Source: an uncultured virus (IMG/VR IMGVR_UViG_3300019371_000141) (lineage: Duplodnaviria > Heunggongvirae > Uroviricota > Caudoviricetes). From it: a stretch of 20,000 nt of DNA. The position numbers and the translations under genes are program-made. The stretch lies in IMG/VR virus record IMGVR_UViG_3300019371_000141, one strand, 5' to 3'. How positions within the stretch are numbered: position 1 is the stretch's first letter; every line of letters begins with the position of its first letter. A model generated the notes under the pieces. That model was not told the origin of the DNA, made no database searches, and saw only the letters and a program-made list of their open reading frames with translations. Shown here one piece after another: positions 8,713-16,118 of this stretch.

Positions 8713-10967
8713 TGCCTGATATTCTACTGAAAAATGAAATAGGAGAGGATATCGAGTATGACGATATCGATACCGTGACCCTGCGGACTGTGGGCGGAGG
8801 AACAGCCCTTTACACCTACGGTCATCCGCAGGCAACGGATAAATGGAAGCTCGTCCAGAATGCCGCTGTCGGAGATGCGAGGACAAATATGTACTCAAGG
8901 TATTCTCTTAACGTCCCCGACGGCAGGATCTTCGCATATACCGCACCGGATTTCGGAACGTGGTATCAGTCAAGAAATGATGCGTGGAGGATACACGATG
9001 AGGTGCTGACCCAGATGTTTTCCGTCCCGCATGGAGCAATACTCGGTATTAATTCAAACAATAAGCCGCTGTACTTCTGGGACGATGAGGAAAAGGAGCT
9101 TATCCAGATTTCCTCAAATGCAAGCCAGATCTACAATGTGCGGAAATTCAACGGGAAATATCTGATCGCCTGCTACCGCAACTGGTGGCTGTATGATCCG
9201 GATGATAAATCATTCACCGTTCTTTTATCGGGCACAGCGATGTCGATGTTCTGCCTTGAGATAGAGGACGGTCTTTTAATGTCGGTGTCAAACAATAACT
9301 CGTCATCGCCGAAGGGCATCTACAAACTTGACCCGGTTACCTTTGAACTCACTCAGATCTATGACAGCGGCTGCTACTGGCTCGGCTTATACAGAAATGG
9401 AAAAGGTATAGAACAGTCATCAAGCTATGTTCTGGAAACGGAGGATGCCTATCTTTTCAGTGCATACAGCAACAGCAACCAGTACGGTGTGCTGAAATAT
9501 GACAAGGCAACTAAACAGATCACAAGGATCATCACGGAAGGATATAACTATTTTGCCGAGTCCTTATCGCAGCGAAGTGCCTATTCCACATGGACAAGAG
9601 AAATCATCGGTCACGGAGTAGTTTTTTCTTCCTCAAACAGCACCGCATGGGGAGTGTGGTTCTATGACTATACTTCCAAAACCGTGACCCGTATTTTACA
9701 GACAGGATATATCTACAACTGGGTGGAAAGCGAGGACAGCCTCATAGGCAGTTATTCGTCCTTCGGCTGTCTTGTTTACGATAAGAACGAAAAGACCTGG
9801 TATCATCCGACCACATCGGGCGTATACGATAACTGTCTGATAATGGAGGACGGCATACTGCTCGGAGGAAACTCTACATCACTGGGACTTAAATACTATG
9901 AAATATCAACGGGAACGCTGACAACGATCAGCAGTTCTTACGGCGCATGGAGATATATGATTGATGTGTCCGGCGGAGCGCTCGTTTCCTGTACGGCAAA
10001 TAACAGCGGTATCTGGTACTTCAAGGAATCTGATAAATCCCTTACACAGCTTACAACGCAGGGATGCGAGTGGTATATGGTCAAGTGGCATGATGCTGTG
10101 CTTATGGGCTCTTTCAGTTCCAATGTCTACGGCTGGCATTATTACAGAAACGGAACGCTCACATATAACGCCGGTCTTGATTCAAGCTCCAGAGCCATGC
10201 GGTGTATCTCTGTGGTCAATGACGGCTGGGTGATAGGTTCATGGAACTACTCCGCAAAGATGGCTTTTATTGACGGTGAGACAGGTGCAGTCACCGACCT
10301 TGGCGTTACCGCCTACCAGATAGGAGAGTATCTAAGCGGCTGGTATGGTCCTAACGGAGCGTGGAAGCCCTCATACGACTACAACAAAAAATACGGCAGA
10401 TACCGCATACTTTCCTCGTATGACAGCAACGGTATAATCTTTGACGATACCTCACATGAAGCGATACCGATGTATCAGTGGAGCAATACCGATACCGCGC
10501 CGATGAGTTCTTATGTGAAAACAACGGCAATGAGGAGGGTATCTTTCACTGATATAGACAGCAACAACGTGCTTATCGTCTGCGGCTCGTCAAGCACAAG
10601 CGGAGCGGTGATCTTAAATCATGCTACCGGCAGGGCGTATCTTTTCAACAGCTCCTCGATGTATGCAAACAATGATTACAACTACCGTTTCACACCGCTG
10701 ATAGAGTTCATTACTGTGGATGACGGCTTTCTCATATATGTTAAGCCTTTTGATTATGAGCAGTGCCCGGTAATGCTTACAAGTGCTCCGGGCGTATGGA
10801 GATATTTTTTATCAACAGGCAGACTTCAGAGGCTGTATGCAAGCGGTTACTATGACACGAAAGAGGATGCCCCCGGAGGCTTTTATATCTACCTTAGCTC
10901 TCTGCCTGATGAATGCAGGCTTTACTGGAACTCGGAAACCAATACTCTGACTAAAGTGGAGTATTAA
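8712..10967 (+). CDS. Beta-propeller-repeat protein, candidate receptor-binding protein, 751 aa
   Basis: TAATG stop/start overlap with the upstream gene. Repeated blade-like motifs ~40-55 aa apart (GIYKLDPVTFELTQIYDSG, GVLKYDKATKQITRIITEG, GVWFYDYTSKTVTRILQTG, GLKYYEISTGTLTTISS, GIWYFKESDKSLTQLTTQG, GVWRYFLSTGRLQRLYASG). Very rich in Tyr, Trp, Ser and Gly. Confidence 0.7.
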   Translation: MPDILLKNEIGEDIEYDDIDTVTLRTVGGGTALYTYGHPQATDKWKLVQNAAVGDARTNMYSRYSLNVPDGRIFAYTAPDFGTWYQSRNDAWRIHDEVLTQMFSVPHGAILGINSNNKPLYFWDDEEKELIQISSNASQIYNVRKFNGKYLIACYRNWWLYDPDDKSFTVLLSGTAMSMFCLEIEDGLLMSVSNNNSSSPKGIYKLDPVTFELTQIYDSGCYWLGLYRNGKGIEQSSSYVLETEDAYLFSAYSNSNQYGVLKYDKATKQITRIITEGYNYFAESLSQRSAYSTWTREIIGHGVVFSSSNSTAWGVWFYDYTSKTVTRILQTGYIYNWVESEDSLIGSYSSFGCLVYDKNEKTWYHPTTSGVYDNCLIMEDGILLGGNSTSLGLKYYEISTGTLTTISSSYGAWRYMIDVSGGALVSCTANNSGIWYFKESDKSLTQLTTQGCEWYMVKWHDAVLMGSFSSNVYGWHYYRNGTLTYNAGLDSSSRAMRCISVVNDGWVIGSWNYSAKMAFIDGETGAVTDLGVTAYQIGEYLSGWYGPNGAWKPSYDYNKKYGRYRILSSYDSNGIIFDDTSHEAIPMYQWSNTDTAPMSSYVKTTAMRRVSFTDIDSNNVLIVCGSSSTSGAVILNHATGRAYLFNSSSMYANNDYNYRFTPLIEFITVDDGFLIYVKPFDYEQCPVMLTSAPGVWRYFLSTGRLQRLYASGYYDTKEDAPGGFYIYLSSLPDECRLYWNSETNTLTKVEY

Positions 10968-10996
10968 AACAATATTTATCATGGAGGTAAAATACT

Positions 10997-11410
10997 ATGG
11001 CTTTCACAACTTACGGTTCAAACAACATCTTAAACGGACTGATCGGGAAAGGCTCGGGGCCGCTTTCCAACTGCTACATCGCACTGTCCACTACAACGCC
11101 CAATGCAGACGGCTCGAACTTTACCGAGCCTGCAAGTGCATCGGGATATGCGAGGTCGCTTATCGGTCAGTCGGGCTCTGCGGCAACACAGGTCATGAGC
11201 GCACCGGCAAACGGACAGACACAGAACACCAGCATTATCTTCTTCCCGGAGGCAACGGCTTCATGGGGGACGGTGACCTATTTCGGTCTTTATAATGCGG
11301 CTACAGGAGGACAGCTCGTTCTTTATGGCGCGCTCACCAATCCCATCACGATCTCGGCTAACTATGTACCGCTGTTCCGTGTGGGAAACTTCAGCCTTAC
11401 ACTCACATAA
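10997..11410 (+). CDS. Small beta-rich phage minor tail/fibre protein, 137 aa
   Basis: RBS GGAGGT 10983-10988. The pattern YIALSTTTP...EP...GYAR...NTSIIFFPEATASWGTVTYFGLYNAATGGQLV matches a widespread phage structural protein family, recognised from memory. Confidence 0.8.
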   Translation: MAFTTYGSNNILNGLIGKGSGPLSNCYIALSTTTPNADGSNFTEPASASGYARSLIGQSGSAATQVMSAPANGQTQNTSIIFFPEATASWGTVTYFGLYNAATGGQLVLYGALTNPITISANYVPLFRVGNFSLTLT

Positions 11411-11430
11411 TTGAAAGGGGGATGATGATT

Positions 11431-11601
11431 ATGACTGATATTGAAGAGTTGAAAGCAAGCGGGAAATTCAGCCCGGATGCAAAGTTTATGGAAATGTCGG
11501 CAAGCTGCGAAGTAAATGTAACGGAACTTCTGCAGCAGTTTTTATTTTCAGGGGAAAACAAGTCTCCCGGAAAGGAGGAAACCAATGTCGTTCACGGTTG
11601 A
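11431..11601 (+). CDS. Small hypothetical protein, 56 aa (not in ORF track)
   Basis: RBS AAAGGGGG 11414-11421. Sequence MTDIEELKASGKFSPDAKFMEMSASCEVNVTELLQQFLFSGENKSPGKEETNVVHG*. It fills the operon gap and overlaps the next gene by 17 nt. Confidence 0.6.
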   Translation: MTDIEELKASGKFSPDAKFMEMSASCEVNVTELLQQFLFSGENKSPGKEETNVVHG

Positions 11602-11854
11602 AACCATAGCAGCGGTGGCATCGATAATCACTTCTCTTGTTGTGATCTTCGGTGCTTTTTTTGCGGTCTACCGCTGGTATCTGAAACAGGAAAAGCAGGA
11701 TAAGGATATAAAGACGATCAAGGAGGAGCAGGGCATCCTTACCAAGGGTGTGCTTGCCTGCCTTAAAGGTCTTAAGGAACAGGGCTGTGACGGTCCCGTA
11801 ACCGAAGCCATATCCGCGATTGAAGCTCATATGAATGAGCAGGCGCACAAGTAA
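11585..11854 (+). CDS. Single-TM, coiled-coil lysis-module membrane protein (holin-associated/antiholin-like), 89 aa
   Basis: RBS AAGGAGG upstream. N-terminal hydrophobic helix followed by a charged coiled coil. Immediately upstream of the holin. Confidence 0.65.
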   Translation: MSFTVETIAAVASIITSLVVIFGAFFAVYRWYLKQEKQDKDIKTIKEEQGILTKGVLACLKGLKEQGCDGPVTEAISAIEAHMNEQAHK

Positions 11855-11868
11855 AGGAGGATTGCATC

Positions 11869-12168
11869 ATGAACAGCATCACTGTTATTCCTGCCATTGC
11901 GGCAGTAGTTTACACCATTATCGATATCACTAAAACAGCCTGTGGCGGCGATAAAAAGTTCAAGCGTTTTATTCCGCTTATCTCCGCAGTTCTCGGTGCA
12001 ATATGCGGTGTGGTGAGCTTTTATTTCATTCCCGGAGTAATCGATACAGGAAATCTTCTTGTTGCAATCATCATCGGTGCATCAAGCGGACTTTCCGCCA
12101 CAGGACTGAACCAGACCGTAAAACAGCTGACTAAAAAGAATGAGGAGGATGACGACGATGAAGTATAA
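11869..12168 (+). CDS. Phage holin, 99 aa
   Basis: RBS GGGAGG. About three hydrophobic segments, motifs KRFIPLIS and GASSGLSATGLNQ, charged C-terminus. Overlaps the endolysin start. Confidence 0.85.
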   Translation: MNSITVIPAIAAVVYTIIDITKTACGGDKKFKRFIPLISAVLGAICGVVSFYFIPGVIDTGNLLVAIIIGASSGLSATGLNQTVKQLTKKNEEDDDDEV

Positions 12169-13225
12169 CGATAAGAACAAGCCTCTGGTCTGCATGATGA
12201 CGCAGAGCACCTGCTACAAGGGAACAAGGAAGTTCACGCCGAAGGGAGTACTGTGGCATTCCACGGGAGCAAATAATCCGTGGCTTAAAAGATATGTACA
12301 GCCCGATGATAATGCGGCAAATAAAGCGGAGCTTCTGAAGAAACTCGGAACCAATGCTTATAAAAACGACTGGAATCACATCTACCTTGAGGCGGGGCTT
12401 AACTTCTGGATCGGAAAGCTTGCCGATGGCACAGTGGCGGCTGTACAGACCATGCCTTTTGACTTCCGTCCGTGGGGATGCGGTGCAGGAAACAGGGGGT
12501 CATGCAACAACACCCACATCCAGTTTGAGATCTGCGAGGATGGTCTTAATGACAAGACCTACTTCGACGCCTGTTACAAAGAGGCGCTGGAAATGACCGC
12601 CTATCTCTGCAAGATGTATAACATCAATCCTGTGGGAACGACTGTCTGCGATGGCGTTAAGGTTCCTACCATCATCGACCACACAGGCAGCTGCAGTTAC
12701 GGCCTTGGCAGCAACCACGGAGATATCCAGCACTGGAGCAGAAAGTACGGCATCACCATGGATACAGTGAGAAAGGATGTCGCGGCACTGCTTAAGAGTG
12801 GTGGCAGTTCATCTGACGGTAGTTCGGGTGGTTCTGGTTCTGGCGATGGAACAACCACACTTTACCGTGTTCGCAAGAGCTGGGCAGATGCGAAGTCGCA
12901 GAAGGGCGCTTTCAAGGTTCTCGATAATGCAAAGAAGTGTGCCGACAAGAACCCCGGATACATTGTGTTCGATGGTAACGGCAAGAGCGTTTATACCTCC
13001 GGATCTGCCACACCCTCTACACCGTCAAAGTTTCCTTATCTCGTAAAGATCAGGATCACTGATCTCAATTACAGAAAAGGACCGTCCACGTCTTATGAGT
13101 CCTATGGCTTTATCAAGCCCGGAGTTTATACCATTGTGGACGAGAAAGACGGCTGGGGACTTCTTAAGGCTTATGCCAACAAGAGGAACGGCTGGGTTTA
13201 TCTTGGGTATACTGAAAGGGTATAA
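12158..13225 (+). CDS. Endolysin: N-acetylmuramoyl-L-alanine amidase (Amidase_2-like) with C-terminal cell-wall-binding domains, 355 aa
   Basis: RBS GAGGAGG 12142-12148, ATG 12158. Motifs VLWHSTG, IQFEICED, IIDH and SNHGD. A Gly/Ser linker leads to a YRVRKSWADAKSQKGAF domain and an SH3-like domain (LNYRKGPSTSY...YTIVDEKDGWGLL...GWV). Confidence 0.9.
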   Translation: MKYNDKNKPLVCMMTQSTCYKGTRKFTPKGVLWHSTGANNPWLKRYVQPDDNAANKAELLKKLGTNAYKNDWNHIYLEAGLNFWIGKLADGTVAAVQTMPFDFRPWGCGAGNRGSCNNTHIQFEICEDGLNDKTYFDACYKEALEMTAYLCKMYNINPVGTTVCDGVKVPTIIDHTGSCSYGLGSNHGDIQHWSRKYGITMDTVRKDVAALLKSGGSSSDGSSGGSGSGDGTTTLYRVRKSWADAKSQKGAFKVLDNAKKCADKNPGYIVFDGNGKSVYTSGSATPSTPSKFPYLVKIRITDLNYRKGPSTSYESYGFIKPGVYTIVDEKDGWGLLKAYANKRNGWVYLGYTERV

Positions 13226-13279
13226 CGAACCTTTGTTTTATACCTTTTATAATAGCACACATTTTAATATGCAGAAACT

Positions 13280-13322
13280 GCTCGCCGGTTGGAGTGATCA
13301 TTCTTTCCGGCGGGCTCTTTTT
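13280..13322 (+). terminator. Intrinsic terminator after the endolysin
   Basis: GCTCGCCGG (13280-13288) / CCGGCGGGC (13307-13315) stem followed by TCTTTTT. Confidence 0.75.
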
Positions 13323-13337
13323 AACTGGGAGGATAAA

Positions 13338-13877
13338 ATGATTTATAACTGGAACAGGATCATCAACCGTGCTTTATTTCTTTACACCCACCGTGACAAT
13401 ATAACCTACAATCTCGGCAGCGCTGGAGAGGTCGCAGGGCGGGACGATATCGTTGAAAGAACCTGGAAGTATTACTATAACACCCCTGAATGGCATGAAA
13501 AAATCGGCAGCAGTATTCCCGGATGGAATACAGATATGAGCACAGATGAAGCGTGGAGCAGATGGCTTGATATCCACCGTGGTCAAATGTGCTTTGACTG
13601 CTCGGGGCTTATCGACTGGTGCGTGGGGTATGAGGGTATTCATAAATACAGCTCGTGGGACTTCGCAGGCATGAAAAAGAATGAGAGTGTTCCCGCAGGC
13701 TGTGCCGGATCCGTTGTCTGGAAGAAAGGTCATGTGGAGCTTGATATCGGCTACGGTGCCTGCATCGGCATCGGAAGTTACGGTAACACCCTGACCCTCA
13801 CGATGCTGAATGCAAGGGATTTCACAAGTTCCCATCTGATAGACGGTGTGGATTATGAGGGCGCGGACGCGAGATAG
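13338..13877 (+). CDS. NlpC/P60-like cysteine peptidase, 179 aa
   Basis: RBS GGGAGG 13327-13332, ATG 13338; the ORF-track start at 13095 overlaps the endolysin. Motifs FDCSGLI (Cys 13599-13601) and VVWKKGHV (His 13731-13733). Confidence 0.75.
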   Translation: MIYNWNRIINRALFLYTHRDNITYNLGSAGEVAGRDDIVERTWKYYYNTPEWHEKIGSSIPGWNTDMSTDEAWSRWLDIHRGQMCFDCSGLIDWCVGYEGIHKYSSWDFAGMKKNESVPAGCAGSVVWKKGHVELDIGYGACIGIGSYGNTLTLTMLNARDFTSSHLIDGVDYEGADAR

Positions 13878-13907
13878 ATTTCCTTATTTTCTTTGTCAGA
13901 TAGCCAC

Positions 13908-14075
13908 AATTATGCGGCAGTAATATCCGCATTATTTCTACCGGAAACAGGGGGAATGTTATCCGTTTATTCGTTGACTTATGGGGCGAAAAGAGTGATG
14001 TATAGTGTACTGTAGATTAACTCTACAGTATATAGAGTGCTTTGGATGCGGAGGAAAACTTCACCTTCCGCACCA
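13908..14075 (+). promoter_or_regulatory. Leader region of the recombinase operon with three inverted repeats and a possible promoter
   Basis: IRs at 13908-13936, 14008-14030 (perfect 9 bp) and ~14043-14075. TTGACT at 13974-13979, but the best -10 (TATAGT 14001-14006) is 21 bp away, which is non-canonical. Confidence 0.45.
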
Positions 14076-14094
14076 GAAAAAAGGAGTTGGTCTA

Positions 14095-15588
14095 ATGACG
14101 CAAATCAACGTCTTTGCCCCGAATCAGTCCATTGTCAGTAAGAAAAAACGGGTGGCTGCCTACTGCCGCGTTTCCACAGGCAATGAGGATCAGAGAAACA
14201 GTTTCGAGGCACAGAAAATCTATTTTACAAGGCTTTACCGGAACAGCCCGGAATATGAACTTGTGGATATCTACGCAGACCTTGGCATAAGCGGAACAAG
14301 AAATGACAGACCCGAGTTCATGCGGCTGCTGGATGACTGCCGCAGGGGAAAAGTCGATGCCGTTGTTACAAAATCCATAAGCCGTTTCGCAAGAAATACC
14401 AGAGACTGCCTTATGGCACTCCGGGAACTGAAAAGGCTCGGCGTAACGGTGGCTTTCGAGAAGGAGAATATCGACACCTCAAGAGTATCTGATGAAATCA
14501 TGATAACCATCATGGAGGGGCTTGCACAGGAGGAGAGCATATCCATCTCGAAGAACACCCGGTGGAGTATCAGAAAGCGTATGGCAAACGGCACAATGAA
14601 AATCGCAAGAGTGCCCTACGGCTATACAAAGGATAAGAAAGGAAATCTTGTAATCGATAAGCCGAAAGCGGAAATCGTAAAACGTATTTACGACCTCTAT
14701 CTGAACGGCTGCGGAGGAAGGAGAATAGCGCTTCTTCTGAACGAAGAACACATTCCGTCACCGACCGGAACAGTGTGGAACAATGCGACCATATTCAAGA
14801 TCCTTAAACAGGAAAAGTATATCGGGGATATCCTCTGGCAGAAAACCTACAGCGTTTTCATGGGGGAGCAGTGGAAAATCAACCGGGGCGATGTGGACAG
14901 CTGGTATATAAAGGATGCCCATCCCGCAATAATCGACAGAGAAACATTCATAAAAGCTCAGGAGCTTCGACAGGAAAGCACGTACACCGGAAAACGTGGT
15001 AAGATCACCACACCGTTTAAAGGAATGATACGATGCACCTGTGGACGCTCCTTTTGTTTTGTAAACAACAAGTACCCATACTGGGAATGCTCGGCAAGGT
15101 TCGACTTTGTGAAGCCCTGCAGCTGTAATATCGTTTATAACGACTCCATTGAAACAGCATGGACGAAAATCTGCTATAAACTGCGGCACCACGCCGATGA
15201 GATACTGGCGCCCATACTGATCCAGCTTGAAAGAATGGACGAGGCGGTGCGCGGCGGAGATATGAAGGAACTTGAAGAGAGGGCGGACGATATCCGGCAA
15301 AGAAGGTACGTTCTCCATAAACTCTGCTCCGAGGGTGTCATAGATTACGAAACGCTGATCCGCTCCTCGGGAGAACTTGAAGCAGAGCTTAAAGAGATAA
15401 CCGACAGAGCGGACAGACTGAATGAGAACTATGATGATATGTCCGGGGATATTGAGCTTATCTGCAATGCCGTTACAACGGTGCCGCCTGAAAGACTGGC
15501 AGGGATTATCCTTGACTGTGCGACCGTGGATAACGATACGATCACCTTCCGTCTTAAAGGCGGTCTTGAGTTTAAGGAAAGAATATGA
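14095..15588 (+). CDS. Large serine recombinase 1, 497 aa
   Basis: RBS AAGGAG 14081-14086, ATG 14095. Catalytic motif RVAAYCRVST, KSISRFARN, recombinase domain (VPYGY...ILKQEKYIG...HPAIID), Zn-ribbon Cys (CTCG...WEC...PC) and coiled coil. Confidence 0.93.
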   Translation: MTQINVFAPNQSIVSKKKRVAAYCRVSTGNEDQRNSFEAQKIYFTRLYRNSPEYELVDIYADLGISGTRNDRPEFMRLLDDCRRGKVDAVVTKSISRFARNTRDCLMALRELKRLGVTVAFEKENIDTSRVSDEIMITIMEGLAQEESISISKNTRWSIRKRMANGTMKIARVPYGYTKDKKGNLVIDKPKAEIVKRIYDLYLNGCGGRRIALLLNEEHIPSPTGTVWNNATIFKILKQEKYIGDILWQKTYSVFMGEQWKINRGDVDSWYIKDAHPAIIDRETFIKAQELRQESTYTGKRGKITTPFKGMIRCTCGRSFCFVNNKYPYWECSARFDFVKPCSCNIVYNDSIETAWTKICYKLRHHADEILAPILIQLERMDEAVRGGDMKELEERADDIRQRRYVLHKLCSEGVIDYETLIRSSGELEAELKEITDRADRLNENYDDMSGDIELICNAVTTVPPERLAGIILDCATVDNDTITFRLKGGLEFKERI

Positions 15589-15600
15589 GGAGCGGCCGGT

Positions 15601-16116
15601 ATGAATTATAAAAGATTTGCTTACGGATATGAAATGAAGGACGGGAAAATCCTGATTAATTTGAACGAAGCTGAGATCGTTAGATGCATCTTCAGAAAGC
15701 GATCGGAAGGTGCAAGTGTCTATGCTCTCACAAAAGAGATGATGGAAACGGATCCGGACTATTTTACAGAAGATAAGAAGAAATCCTCCTGCAAGGTAAG
15801 TTCTATCCTTTACAACCGGAAGTATGCCGGAGAGAACGGATACGAACCTATCGTTGATAACGCTTTATTTGAAAAGGTGCAGGAGATGAAAGGAAAGAAG
15901 TACGGCGAAGGAAGGGCGGAAACAAACCATAAGACAGCGCAAAAACAGCACCCGGTCAGTTCCTGCTACATTCCTTCAGCTTCGGTTTTTGAAAAAGAAG
16001 ATAAGCTGAGAGAGGCTTATAAGGGCGGCGATGCGGATAAGATACGCACGGCGATATTTGAGCTTGCCGCCGAGAAATACAACTGTGTTGAGATCACAAT
16101 GGAAAGAGGAGGATGA
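15601..16116 (+). CDS. Small recombinase-domain-only protein (no catalytic serine domain), 171 aa
   Basis: RBS GAGGAG. Motifs AYGY...NEAEIVRCIF...SILYNRKYAG...YEPIVDNALFEKVQ match the LSR recombinase DNA-binding domain. No YxRxS motif. Confidence 0.8.
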   Translation: MNYKRFAYGYEMKDGKILINLNEAEIVRCIFRKRSEGASVYALTKEMMETDPDYFTEDKKKSSCKVSSILYNRKYAGENGYEPIVDNALFEKVQEMKGKKYGEGRAETNHKTAQKQHPVSSCYIPSASVFEKEDKLREAYKGGDADKIRTAIFELAAEKYNCVEITMERGG

Positions 16117-16118
16117 AT

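Noticed and set aside
6442..10967. Diversity-generating retroelement or shufflon acting on the tail/RBP genes
   Set aside because: No reverse transcriptase, no near-identical TR/VR pair differing at adenines, and no repeated inversion sites or inverted gene cassettes seen in this window. Components outside the window cannot be excluded.
10981..11295. 104-aa ORF overlapping the 137-aa tail gene in another frame
   Set aside because: The GGAGGT RBS lies inside this ORF and is correctly spaced for ATG 10997, whose product is a recognisable phage protein.
12796..12850. Low-complexity GGT/AGT/TCT-rich tract
   Set aside because: Encodes an ordinary Gly/Ser linker between endolysin domains.
13095..13337. 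N-terminal extension making the NlpC/P60 ORF 260 aa, or a frameshift fusion with the endolysin
   Set aside because: It overlaps the endolysin and crosses a terminator, and no slippery site was noticed. A strong RBS supports ATG 13338.
14005..14094. Longer starts given by the ORF track (recombinase 1 at 14005; likewise 1568, 12140, 18011 and fic 1451)
   Set aside because: Each has a better RBS-supported ATG downstream. The 18011 'start' is the TTG of the -35 box.
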